In this document: positions 55,514-64,000 of the stretch, in pieces
How the letters are laid out: every line of letters starts with the position of its first letter
Numbering within the stretch: the first letter of the stretch is position 1
From: Dehalococcoidia bacterium
Lineage (GTDB): Bacteria; Chloroflexota; Dehalococcoidia; GIF9; AB-539-J10
Assembly: GCA_049586675.1 (NCBI GenBank)
Contig: JBAVCL010000007.1
Coordinates: forward strand, 14,573 to 78,572
Reading direction: 5' to 3'
DNA: 64,000 nucleotides
The notes under the pieces: model-generated
Database searches by the model: none
The model's input: the letters and a program-made list of their open reading frames with translations, nothing else
Told to the model about the DNA's origin: nothing
Program-made: the position numbers and the translations under genes

Positions 55514-55958
55514 TGCCTCGTTCAAGGAGCTGGAGCAATTCGTCATGGAGGATATGAAAAGGGTCTACTCGGAGAAAACGATTGACCATTTTCTCAATCC
55601 CAGAAATCTGGGTGAAATTCCTGCCCCTGATGGATTTGGCAGGATAACTGGTCCCCGTGGGAATACTATGGAAATATATCTCAAAATAGGAGATGGCAAG
55701 GTTATAAATGCCTCTTTCTGGACAGATGGCTGTGGGTGCTGCATTGCCGCAGGCAGCATGATCACCGAACTGGTTAAAGGGAAGAGCGTTTCTGAGGCTC
55801 AGAAGATTACCCAGCAGGATGTACTGGATGCCTTAGGGGGACTCCCTGAAGATAGCCTCCACAGTGCTCTCCTGGCAGCTAATACGCTTAAGGAGGCAGT
55901 TAAAGACTACCAGGCTTTTAGGAAGGAACCATGGAAAAGAGCTTACAGAAGCGGCTAG
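55497..55958 (+). CDS. IscU/NifU-N-like protein with non-canonical cluster ligands
   Basis: Aligns by eye to IscU (YSEKTIDHFLNPRNLG, DGCGCCIAAGS, KGKSVSEAQ, LHSALLAANTLKEAV). The first Cys (GAPACGD) and the HC Cys are missing. Confidence 0.65.
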   Translation: MAKKFDASFKELEQFVMEDMKRVYSEKTIDHFLNPRNLGEIPAPDGFGRITGPRGNTMEIYLKIGDGKVINASFWTDGCGCCIAAGSMITELVKGKSVSEAQKITQQDVLDALGGLPEDSLHSALLAANTLKEAVKDYQAFRKEPWKRAYRSG

Positions 55959-56017
55959 GATTTCAAGTAAGTGATATTATTCAGAGGATTGATAGCTTGG
56001 TTAGTAAGGCTTGAGGG

Positions 56018-56482
56018 ATGGAGAAAAAGCATAGCCTGGAATTGAAGCCCATCGGGATAATTCATTCTCCTTACAAGAATACAGGCAAAGCCCCTTATCA
56101 GGGCTATAAAAGTGAGGAGATTTCTCAGATAGAAATATTCAAGGAATTCGAAGAAGGCTTAGAAGACATTGAGGGATTTTCCCATATTATCGTTATTTAT
56201 TGGTTTCATAAGTCCCAGGGATACCATCTGTTGGTTAAGACGCCCTGGGATGATAATATGCACGGTCTCTTCACCACCAGATCACCGCATAGACCCTGCC
56301 CCCTGGGGTTGACTGTCGTCGAGCTAGTGGTCAGGGAAAAGAATATCCTCAAGGTGAAAGGACTGGACGCCATAGACGGTACCCCTCTTTTAGACATCAA
56401 GCCATATATTCCTGACGTGGACGAAAGGTCGGTTGTCAAACCTGGTTGGCTTGAAGGCAAGCTCGGAAAAGAAAGATGCTGA
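56018..56482 (+). CDS. trmO: tRNA (t6A37-N6)-methyltransferase TrmO/TsaA family
   Basis: LKPIGIIHSPYK, FSHIIVIYWFH, RSPHRPCPLGLTVVELV and IDGTPLLDIKPY motifs. Confidence 0.85.
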   Translation: MEKKHSLELKPIGIIHSPYKNTGKAPYQGYKSEEISQIEIFKEFEEGLEDIEGFSHIIVIYWFHKSQGYHLLVKTPWDDNMHGLFTTRSPHRPCPLGLTVVELVVREKNILKVKGLDAIDGTPLLDIKPYIPDVDERSVVKPGWLEGKLGKERC

Positions 56483-57312
56483 CAGCAATTGATATCTTCA
56501 AACTGCTGGCTATAGGGGCAGGTGCTGGTTTTGCCAGCGGACTGCTGGGAATTGGCGGCGGAGCCATCATGGTTCCCGTTAGCTACTGGGTTATCCTGGC
56601 TATGGGTTTCTCTCCAAACATTGCCCTAAGAACAGCCTTCGGGACAAGTTTGCTGGTGATTTTGCCCACAGCCATAAGTGGGAGCTGGGGGCATAATAGG
56701 AGGAAGGCAGTTCGCTGGAAAACCGCCTTAATTCTAGGCTCATGTGCCTTGGCCGGGGCTTTGCTTGGATCTTACTTAGCAACTCAACTTCTTTCTGACA
56801 AGACACTGAAAGTAGGCTTTGGAGGACTGGTTCTGGCCGTTGCAATATGGATGATCTTGGAACTAATGCCCAAGTTGAGAAAAGAGGCTGGAGAGCCACG
56901 GGAAAACTTCAGGCTTGTGGCGGCTTGCGGATTCCCTATAGGTATGGTAGCAGGGCTGACTGGAGTTGGCGGTGGGGTATTCATAGTACCTGTGCTGGTA
57001 TTGGCATTAAATTTTCCCATGCACATTGCCGTGGGAACATCGGTGGCTTCCATAATACTCGCCAGCCTAGGTGGGATTGTTGGCTATATCATAAATGGGC
57101 TGGGAAAGCCCGGCCTCCTTCCTTATTCCATAGGCTATATAAATTTGCCCATATGGCTATGCTTGGCAGCTACTAGCACACCCTTGGCCCAGCTTGGAGC
57201 CCGGGCAGCACATGCTCTGCCGGCGAAACCACTCAGGTATATCTTTATTGCTTTTCTGGTCTACGCAGGTTTAAATATGATTGGCGTTTTTAAGGTGATA
57301 CAGGGTTTCTAG
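56476..57312 (+). CDS. TauE/SafE-family (DUF81) anion exporter
   Basis: 278-aa polytopic membrane ORF with duplicated GIGGGAIMVP / GVGGGVFIVP motifs. 7-nt overlap with trmO. Confidence 0.8.
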   Translation: MLTAIDIFKLLAIGAGAGFASGLLGIGGGAIMVPVSYWVILAMGFSPNIALRTAFGTSLLVILPTAISGSWGHNRRKAVRWKTALILGSCALAGALLGSYLATQLLSDKTLKVGFGGLVLAVAIWMILELMPKLRKEAGEPRENFRLVAACGFPIGMVAGLTGVGGGVFIVPVLVLALNFPMHIAVGTSVASIILASLGGIVGYIINGLGKPGLLPYSIGYINLPIWLCLAATSTPLAQLGARAAHALPAKPLRYIFIAFLVYAGLNMIGVFKVIQGF

Positions 57313-57357
57313 CCCCAAAAGGCACCTAGAATTGGTGACATGACCGCACCTACTGAC

Positions 57358-58608
57358 CTACCAGAGTACGCTGCATACGGGTTTCAAAAACTTGAACTGA
57401 GCAGAGTAAAGGCAGCCGAGGAGCAGTACTCCCAGAATTATCAGTATTGTGGCACCTACTGGTCTGGAATATTTTGCATATCTGTCTCCCAGACTTGAAG
57501 TCAGAGCAAAAGCGGCTGTGCCGAAAATAATGGTATCGTCAAGCATGAAAAAGACATCATATAGCAGGATGTAGCTATAGTATTGGAAGGTGGAAAGATT
57601 GCTCAAAGATAAGACTCGGGTGAAAACCGCCGGAATTGCTGCTGAACAAAGGAATTCGACAGCATTTACTGCAAAGGCCAGAGCTATGATTCCTCCTAAA
57701 ATCCCCCAGGTTAGGGGAGAGGAGACAATCTCCTGTACTTTGGTCATCGTCTTTTTCCGGGATTCCTCGTCCGTAACTTCGCAGACAACAGCGCCCTTCG
57801 TCTTTATCACTTCTCTTACTTGCAATGCCCCTCCACCCAGAGCTACCAATCCAATCACAACTGTCACTGGCTTGACGTAGCCAATAGCCAGGAAAGCATT
57901 GAGCCACGCTGTCATGAACAGAAAATATAGGATGCCTGAAGCCAAAACAAAAGAGCCGCAAATCAGCCATATTCTTTTTCTATCCCTCAAAGTCGCTACT
58001 ACGGATATAAGGTAAACAAGTACCCACATAGCACAGGGATTGAAGCCGTCCACAAGACCCAAAATTATGGCCAAAGCTGGAAGCGAATAATCAGAAAGTA
58101 CAATTTCCCCTATGAGAGGCAATTTGATTTTATGTTGGGGTTCTCCACTTGTCGGCGGCGGGCAGTTCCCCGCCAGACATTGTTTCAAAGCTTCCTCAAT
58201 TGCTCTGCCCGTTGTTTCCTCAGATTCCCAACCACCAAATACTTGATTTCCAAAGATTGTTATGGGAAAGCCTGGCTCATTTTCTATCCCTCGCTCTTCA
58301 AGCATCTCATGTAATAGAGCAACTCCTGCTGATGTAGTGGCGTCCTCACGAGTAATGTTAATTGAAGGGTATTCACTTTCCAGTTTTTCATTGAAAGGCT
58401 CTTGTGCCTCGCAGTGTGAACAACCGGGGAGATAAAAGAAATGGACCTCAAACCCTTCACCGGTACCTGCTGTTCTCTGACTCGTGAATCCGATAACTAT
58501 TCCTAAGATTATCAGGGATATAATCAAGTATCGCTTGAAATGGTCTTGGAAGGTGTTTTTCAAAAAATTGGCCACCCTGTTGTATATTATTGACAAATGC
58601 CACCTCAC
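57358..58608 (-). CDS. thioredoxin-like CxxC domain fused to a DsbD/CcdA-like polytopic membrane domain
   Basis: N-terminal TM helix, then a Trx-like domain with CSHC. The membrane domain has Cys in DGFNPCAMW and EFLCSAAIP. GTG start lies behind GGGGAGG. Confidence 0.6.
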   Translation of the reverse strand: MRWHLSIIYNRVANFLKNTFQDHFKRYLIISLIILGIVIGFTSQRTAGTGEGFEVHFFYLPGCSHCEAQEPFNEKLESEYPSINITREDATTSAGVALLHEMLEERGIENEPGFPITIFGNQVFGGWESEETTGRAIEEALKQCLAGNCPPPTSGEPQHKIKLPLIGEIVLSDYSLPALAIILGLVDGFNPCAMWVLVYLISVVATLRDRKRIWLICGSFVLASGILYFLFMTAWLNAFLAIGYVKPVTVVIGLVALGGGALQVREVIKTKGAVVCEVTDEESRKKTMTKVQEIVSSPLTWGILGGIIALAFAVNAVEFLCSAAIPAVFTRVLSLSNLSTFQYYSYILLYDVFFMLDDTIIFGTAAFALTSSLGDRYAKYSRPVGATILIILGVLLLGCLYSAQFKFLKPVCSVLW

Positions 58609-58687
58609 AATAGCCTCCCCTGTTTAGGATTTTCTACAGGAAAGGTACATGGTGTGCAGGGTGCCACTGGGAAGACTAGGCCCTTAG

Positions 58688-59677
58688 CTAGAATGAAATT
58701 TCCCCTGATTTCAATCCCCAGGAACCACATGTACAAGAAGGTATATTGAAAACTATGTTCTTAGCCATACTATTGCCAGCGGCATCAGACACTATTACCG
58801 TGACTGTAACTTGAACGGACTTCTCATTCGGGGCAGTCCAGGTAATCGTAGAGCCCTCCCCGGAAATATTGCCGGCTGTGCACGACCAATCATAAAACAG
58901 TTCGCCGCTTGTGTTTGAAACAACACACTTAATATCGTATTCCCTTTGTGTCCAGACATCGTAATCGCACCCAGAATGCGTGGGTTCTCTCAAAAATGTG
59001 TGCCCTTTGGGAGTAATAACCAGCTTTTCAATAGTTGGCGGAGGACTAATTGTTACACTGAGAGGTATAAACCTTGTGTCTTCCCCACCATATCCATCCT
59101 TAATCACAACTGTGATGTTATATGTGCCAACTCCTTGGGGAGCAGTCCAGTTTACAGCCGCGCCTGTGCCCGAAATCTTACCTCCGGTGGTTGTCCACTC
59201 ATAGCTCAGCGTGTCGCCGTCAGGGTCTGTAGCATTGCACGTCACCTGGAGACTACCCGAATGAGTGGTCCAGGCTGCATTGGCTACCAGGCTGCTAATA
59301 GTTGGCGGATAATTGGCCCTTACTCGGATAGTTATTTGACGCCTATCCTCGCCACCGCGGCCATCGGTCACTGTGACCGTAACATTGTAGGAGACCTCAG
59401 AGTAGGGTTCAGAGTTAGGAGCGGTCCAGGTAACTGTAGCTCCTTCCCCAGTTATTGTGCCTCCGCTGGCCGACCAGTTATAGCTTAGCTCGTCGCCAAG
59501 GGGGGCTGTAGCATTACACAAAATCTGGCAGCTTCCCAAGGGAGGGACTCCCTCTGGCTCAGCTTTCAGACTTTTGATAACTAGCTGATGGTTGGCTAGC
59601 ATCGTGTAAAGTAGGATTGAAATTAACGCTGCGGCTGCCACAATTCCTATAATTATTAGATATCTTTTTTTGTTCAT
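58688..59677 (-). CDS. membrane-anchored protein with three PKD/Ig-like repeats (paralogue A)
   Basis: N-terminal TM helix. Three repeats of about 90 aa with CNATDPDGDxLSYxW..GG.I.G.G..V.WTAP...Y.VTV.V.DG.GG. C-terminus CTCGSWGLKSGEISF. Confidence 0.7.
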   Translation of the reverse strand: MNKKRYLIIIGIVAAAALISILLYTMLANHQLVIKSLKAEPEGVPPLGSCQILCNATAPLGDELSYNWSASGGTITGEGATVTWTAPNSEPYSEVSYNVTVTVTDGRGGEDRRQITIRVRANYPPTISSLVANAAWTTHSGSLQVTCNATDPDGDTLSYEWTTTGGKISGTGAAVNWTAPQGVGTYNITVVIKDGYGGEDTRFIPLSVTISPPPTIEKLVITPKGHTFLREPTHSGCDYDVWTQREYDIKCVVSNTSGELFYDWSCTAGNISGEGSTITWTAPNEKSVQVTVTVIVSDAAGNSMAKNIVFNIPSCTCGSWGLKSGEISF

Positions 59678-59844
59678 TAGTTTCTCTCCCTAGAGCCTTT
59701 TTTATTCAAGTCTGTATCCAGGCAGCTCATATATTACCACTCTTATAATGGTGATGGAAACTACCCTTTGAATGACTTTTCAAGCGTCTTCTGTATGAAG
59801 TGCCCATGGTTTGCAGGTCTTCGCTTGGAAGGCTAGGCCCTTAG

Positions 59845-60834
59845 CTAGAATGAAATTTCTCCTGATTTTAATCCCCAGGAACCACATGTACAAGACGCCA
59901 CATGGAAAACTATGTTCTTACCCATACTATTGCCCTCTGCATCAGACACTATTACCGTGACCGTAACTGTAACGGACTTTTCACTCGGGGCTTTCCAGGT
60001 AATCGTAGAGCCTTCCCCGGAAATATTGCCGGCTGTACATGACCATTCGTAAGACACTTCGTCGCTTGTGTTTGAAGCAAGGCACTTAACATCGTATTCC
60101 TCGTTTACCCAGACATCGAAATCGCACCCAGCAGCTGTGCTTTCTCTCAAAAATGTGTTCCCATTGGGAGTAACAACCAGCTTTTCAATAGTTGGCGGAG
60201 GACTAAGTGTCACGCTGAGAGGTACAAACTTTGTGTTTTCCCCACCCCAGCCATCGGTAACCACGACTGTGACGTTGTATGTGCCAACTTCTTGGGGAGC
60301 AGTCCAGTTTACAGCCGCGCCTGTGCCAGAAATATCACCCCCGGTGGTTGTCCACTCATAACTTAGCTCGTCGCCATCAAGGTCTGAAGCAATACACGTC
60401 ACCTGGAGACTACCCGAAGGAGTGGTCCAGGCTGCATTGGCTATCAGACTGTTAATAGTTGGCCACAGATTAGCCCTCACTGGGATGGTTACATAATCTG
60501 TGACTTCGCCACCGCGGCCATCAGTCACCGTGACTGTAACATTGTAGGAGCCCTCAGAGTTAGGAGCGGTCCAGGTAACTGTACCTCCTTTCCCAGTTAT
60601 TACGCCTCCTATTTCGCCTCCGCTAGCTGACCAGTTATATCTTAGCTCGTCGCCATCAGGGTCTGTAGCATTACACACAATCTGGCAGCTTCCCGAAGGA
60701 ACTACTCTCTCCGGCTTAGCTGCCAGGCTGGTGATAACTGGCGGATGGTTGGCTAGCATTGTGTGAAATAGGATTGAAATTAACACTACTGCCGCCACAA
60801 TTCCCACGATTACTAGATATTTTCTTTTGTTCAT
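59845..60834 (-). CDS. membrane-anchored protein with three PKD/Ig-like repeats (paralogue B)
   Basis: Same length (329 aa), architecture and C-terminus as paralogue A. Confidence 0.7.
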   Translation of the reverse strand: MNKRKYLVIVGIVAAVVLISILFHTMLANHPPVITSLAAKPERVVPSGSCQIVCNATDPDGDELRYNWSASGGEIGGVITGKGGTVTWTAPNSEGSYNVTVTVTDGRGGEVTDYVTIPVRANLWPTINSLIANAAWTTPSGSLQVTCIASDLDGDELSYEWTTTGGDISGTGAAVNWTAPQEVGTYNVTVVVTDGWGGENTKFVPLSVTLSPPPTIEKLVVTPNGNTFLRESTAAGCDFDVWVNEEYDVKCLASNTSDEVSYEWSCTAGNISGEGSTITWKAPSEKSVTVTVTVIVSDAEGNSMGKNIVFHVASCTCGSWGLKSGEISF

Positions 60835-61048
60835 TAGTTTCTCTCCCTAGAGCCTTTTTTCATTCAAGTTTGTATCAAGGCATCCCAATATATTACCACT
60901 CTTATAAAGGTGATGGAAACTACCCTTTGAATGACCTTCTCACATGGCTGACCGCATTAAATCAGGTGGAAACTCTGGCTACGACTAAAGAACAGTTGAC
61001 GTATTTTAGCCAAAGCCTCTGAACCTATCAGGAGCCCAGCAAAGGAAA

Positions 61049-61144
61049 GATTCTTCGCTTCGCTCAGAATAACAGAAAGCGAAAGGCGCAGAATGGTAAG
61101 AAGGATACCGCTCATAATGAAGTAGGAATGTCCTCAGAATAGCA
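61049..61144. repeat. GATTCTTCGC...CTCAGAATAACA-type repeat (variant subfamily, inverted orientation)
   Basis: gattcttcgcttcgctcagaataaca is the reverse complement of the 26035-type core. A second half-site tcctcagaatagca is present. Confidence 0.4.
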
Positions 61145-61263
61145 AGTGGCTTCTAGAGATTGATGCGTGTGCCAGCATTATTGAATTGGCAGGAAGATTC
61201 ACCCTACCAGCAGTATTTTCGCTTAGCGTGGTGATTTGAATCGACATTCCTGATACCTCTTCG

Positions 61264-62103
61264 CTATACAGTTGAAATCACCTTTATTTCGTCTCCCACC
61301 GCTGCGCCCAGAAAGTCACAAGCGCTTCCGTCTCTTAGCGATACTTCGAGATAACCGCTGCTGCCCACAATAGCCATTACCTCTTTATTTTGTGCGTAAT
61401 AGTCGCTGATACCTTGAACACAGTACCCAGCCACCTGAATCATGACATCTTTTCCGGGTAAATCATTGCTTTTAATATTCGTAATCAAGTTGCCAAAGCG
61501 GTCAACATGTAAGACCTGGCCAACTAAATTACCCTCTGGGTCAAGAGAGGGCTTTGGTATAGGGAGGACATGCAGAGAATTAATTTTCTCTCCGAATTCA
61601 TAAAGGGAAATGCCTAGAGAAAGGCCAGCAGCCACCGGGGCAAAAATATCTCTTCCATGGAAGGTAGGGCTGACTGGCTGTCGCCAGAAGCGAGGGTCGG
61701 TAATAGCTGCAGCTTCAAGGCCTTTCTTAAATACTATCTCTTGGAGGTCGTGAGTCTGTTCAGTTAACGAGCGACTTCTAACTGGGAATAAATCATCAAT
61801 TATATAGCTGAGGATGCCATTATCAGGGGCAACGAAGAAAGCCGAAGGTGTTTTCAGTATTATTCCCTGGCGCTCACTACCTACGCCGGGGTCAACAATG
61901 GCCATATGAATTGTTTGCTTAGGGAAGTAGCGATAAGCAGCACTAAGTATGAAAGCAGCCTGAAGGATGTTCTGCGGCTTGATAGAATGGTTGATGTCTA
62001 TAATATTAGCTTCGGGGTTAATGCTTAAGATAGCGCCTTTCACAGCAGCAACGTAAGCATCATCATAGCCAAAGTCGGTAGTCAGGGTTATTATGGAACT
62101 CAT
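61264..62103 (-). CDS. SAM hydroxide adenosyltransferase / SAM-dependent halogenase-family protein (DUF62)
   Basis: ITLTTDFGYDDAYVAAVKG, VDPGVGSER, VAPDNG and FHGRDIFAPVAA motifs. Confidence 0.8.
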   Translation of the reverse strand: MSSIITLTTDFGYDDAYVAAVKGAILSINPEANIIDINHSIKPQNILQAAFILSAAYRYFPKQTIHMAIVDPGVGSERQGIILKTPSAFFVAPDNGILSYIIDDLFPVRSRSLTEQTHDLQEIVFKKGLEAAAITDPRFWRQPVSPTFHGRDIFAPVAAGLSLGISLYEFGEKINSLHVLPIPKPSLDPEGNLVGQVLHVDRFGNLITNIKSNDLPGKDVMIQVAGYCVQGISDYYAQNKEVMAIVGSSGYLEVSLRDGSACDFLGAAVGDEIKVISTV

Positions 62104-62112
62104 CTATGGATA

Positions 62113-62337
62113 CTAAGACTTGTACCGGACCGTGATTAAAGTAGCAACAACGACAAGCACGACAGCTAAGACTATGGTCAGTTTGAAAAGGGTGCTTTCT
62201 ATACCTCGCCGAGTTCGATACACTGAGTCAGCTTGCCCAAAGATACCCCCTATGCCTCCACCGCGTAACTGAAATAGTACAGTGGCAATTAAGGCTATTG
62301 CTATTAGTATCTGGGCGATCAAAAAATAATTAGGCAA
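62113..62337 (-). CDS. secG: preprotein translocase subunit SecG
   Basis: 74 aa with two TM helices flanking a Gly-rich loop (RGGGIGGIFG). TTG start 8 nt behind GGAGGT. Confidence 0.75.
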   Translation of the reverse strand: MPNYFLIAQILIAIALIATVLFQLRGGGIGGIFGQADSVYRTRRGIESTLFKLTIVLAVVLVVVATLITVRYKS

Positions 62338-62338
62338 T

Positions 62339-63775
62339 TTATTTACCTCCTAGCTCCTTTATTACAATCTCTCTCACCATGCTTGGATTAGCCCTTCCTT
62401 TGGTAGCTTTCATTACCTGACCTATAATAAACATCAAAGCTTGTTGTTTGCCAGAGATATAATCTGCTACTGCCTCGGTATTATTGGCCATCACTTGTCT
62501 TACCACTTCCCTTATTTCACCGGCATCGCTAATCTGGCTTAGTTTCTTTTCTGTTATAATCTCACTGGCTCCCTTGCCAGTGCGAAACATCTCCTCAAGC
62601 ACTGTTTTGGCCGCTGGTCCGCTTATAGTGCCATTATCTACCATTCCCAGCATTTCTGCTAGGTGTTTCGGACTTATTTTAGCATTTTCAATCTCAGTGT
62701 TGGTAGCGTTAAGCAGCCGGCTGAAATCACCTAAAAGCCAGTTACTAGCCATCTTAGCCTTGCCAGGGTCCATTAGCTTAACGCAGTTTTCAAAATAATC
62801 TGCCATGGCTTTGGAGCTAGTTAGTATATTAGCATCGTACAAGGGCAAGCCATATCGGGTCATAAATCGGTCTCTGCGTGCCTCGGGTAATTCAGGGAGT
62901 CTGGCTCTGATTTCCTCTATCCAGGCTCGGTCCAAAGCTAGAGGAGGCAAATCAGGTTCGGGAAAATATCGGTAATCATCAGCATACTCTTTAGTTCTCT
63001 GGGTCACTGTTGTGCCTGCTTCCTCTATCCACCCTCTGGTCTCTTGTACCAGTTCACCACCTTCCTCAAGCACCTTTGTTTGTCGCCTTGATTCATATTC
63101 CAGAGCTTGGTAAACTGCTTTGAAGCTGTTCATATTTTTAACTTCCACCTTGGGCAAAAGCTCTATAGTAGCCGGCGGGCGGATGCTTATATTGGCATCA
63201 CATCTAAAGCTTCCTTCCTCCATGTTGCCGGTGGACACCTCTAGATAACGCAAGATATTGTGTAACTTGATAAGATAATCCCGAGCCTCTTCAGGGGAGC
63301 TTATTTCGGGCTCGCTAACAATCTCCATCAAAGGCACCCCTGAGCGGTTAACGTCTATCAGACTGTAATCCCCCCTGTGCCATAATTTAGCAACATCCTC
63401 TTCGAGATGCACCCTGGTGATATTGATTCTTTTCCTGGTATCGTTGCTATCAATTGTTAGCCAACCTCCTTTTCCAATGGGAGCATCATACTGAGAAATC
63501 TGATAACCTTTCATCAGGTCAGGGTAAAAGTAGTTCTTGCGGTCGAATTTGGTATATTCGGGGATAGTGCAATTTAAAGCCAGGGCGGTCATTACTGTAT
63601 ATTCTATTGCCCTTTCATTGATGACAGGAAGGACACCAGGCATGCCCAGGCAAATGGGACAGACGTGGGTATTGGGAGGAGCGCTGGCATAGTCGGCGCT
63701 GCAGCTACAGAACATCTTACTCTTGGTTAATAGCTGAGTATGAACCTCCAGGCCGATAACAATTTCATAGGTCAT
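62339..63775 (-). CDS. gatB: Asp-tRNA(Asn)/Glu-tRNA(Gln) amidotransferase subunit B
   Basis: MTYEIVIGLEVHTQL, with a CPICLGMPGVLP motif. 478 aa. Confidence 0.93.
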   Translation of the reverse strand: MTYEIVIGLEVHTQLLTKSKMFCSCSADYASAPPNTHVCPICLGMPGVLPVINERAIEYTVMTALALNCTIPEYTKFDRKNYFYPDLMKGYQISQYDAPIGKGGWLTIDSNDTRKRINITRVHLEEDVAKLWHRGDYSLIDVNRSGVPLMEIVSEPEISSPEEARDYLIKLHNILRYLEVSTGNMEEGSFRCDANISIRPPATIELLPKVEVKNMNSFKAVYQALEYESRRQTKVLEEGGELVQETRGWIEEAGTTVTQRTKEYADDYRYFPEPDLPPLALDRAWIEEIRARLPELPEARRDRFMTRYGLPLYDANILTSSKAMADYFENCVKLMDPGKAKMASNWLLGDFSRLLNATNTEIENAKISPKHLAEMLGMVDNGTISGPAAKTVLEEMFRTGKGASEIITEKKLSQISDAGEIREVVRQVMANNTEAVADYISGKQQALMFIIGQVMKATKGRANPSMVREIVIKELGGK

Positions 63776-63866
63776 AGCTTTCGCTCAGTATAGCAAGGTT
63801 ATCAGGCAGGGGCAAGGATTAGTTGAATTGACCCACAGTTTGAAGTATTGGTAAAATTGAATTTGC

Positions 63867-63942
63867 GGGGATATAGCTCAGTCGGGAGAGCGCTGCGCTC
63901 GCATCGCAGAGGTCGGGGGTTCGAATCCCCCTATCTCCACCA
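63867..63942 (+). tRNA. tRNA-Ala (anticodon CGC), CCA encoded
   Basis: Hand-folded cloverleaf. Acceptor GGGGATA/TATCTCC with G3:U70, D arm GCTC/GAGC, anticodon stem CTGCG/CGCAG with loop CTCGCAT, T arm GGGGG-TTCGAAT-CCCCC, then ACCA. Confidence 0.9.
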
Positions 63943-64000
63943 TGAAATTCTGGAAAGCCGTCTGGTGTGCCCTTCAAGAAATCTAGCTGACGAGCAGTTT

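Larger units (their letters stand above)
58648..60945. repeat. tandem segmental duplication, 2 x about 1157 bp (gene plus its upstream region)
   Basis: 58648-59804 aligns by eye with 59805-60945, including the non-coding stretches (tagtttctctccctagagcctttttt...ccactcttataa.ggtgatggaaactaccctttgaatgac). Confidence 0.8.

Overview
The window is gene-dense and mostly housekeeping, with genes on both strands. Core genes include purB, purC, pfkA, ileS, uvrB, gltX, leuS, proC, coaD, rsmD, clpC, radA, ispD, pyrG, fsa/tal, rho, coaE, trmO, gatB, secG and one tRNA-Ala(CGC). A nine-gene block rpsF-ssb-rpsR-rpmH-rnpA-yidD-(beta-propeller)-yidC-jag runs on the minus strand. rpmH (14249-14389) and a 47-aa zinc-ribbon gene (28104-28247) are missing from the ORF track because they are under 60 aa. 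I saw no rRNA, CRISPR array, intact transposase or integrase, prophage or recognisable defence system. The taxon cannot be proven from this window. Gene content and repeat types suggest an anaerobic Chloroflexota/Dehalococcoidia-like genome, but that is only a guess. Four things are not housekeeping. (1) A CoA-ester island at about 40.5-50.2 kb holds a four-gene class-I benzoyl-CoA-reductase-like or 2-hydroxyacyl-CoA-dehydratase-like ATP-driven module with two different activase-type ATPases. It also has a divergent family III CoA-transferase, an acyl-CoA ligase, gene-decay debris (a transposase tail, a HAD gene with one in-frame TGA, a possible crotonase scrap) and a MITE at its right edge. 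(2) An operon encodes a small MerR/excisionase-type HTH, a 1742-aa soluble histidine kinase with 12 tandem PAS domains whose units are still similar at DNA level, and a receiver-HD-GYP regulator. (3) A thioredoxin-fused DsbD/CcdA-like membrane protein sits next to a 1157-bp tandem duplication carrying two PKD-repeat surface proteins. (4) A palindromic MITE-like repeat family with TTAGTGACAC terminal inverted repeats has six or more copies, one of them in frame inside purC. The best candidate for an undescribed system is the BCR-like module and its island. All functional calls rest on motif recognition by eye and need database and structural confirmation.
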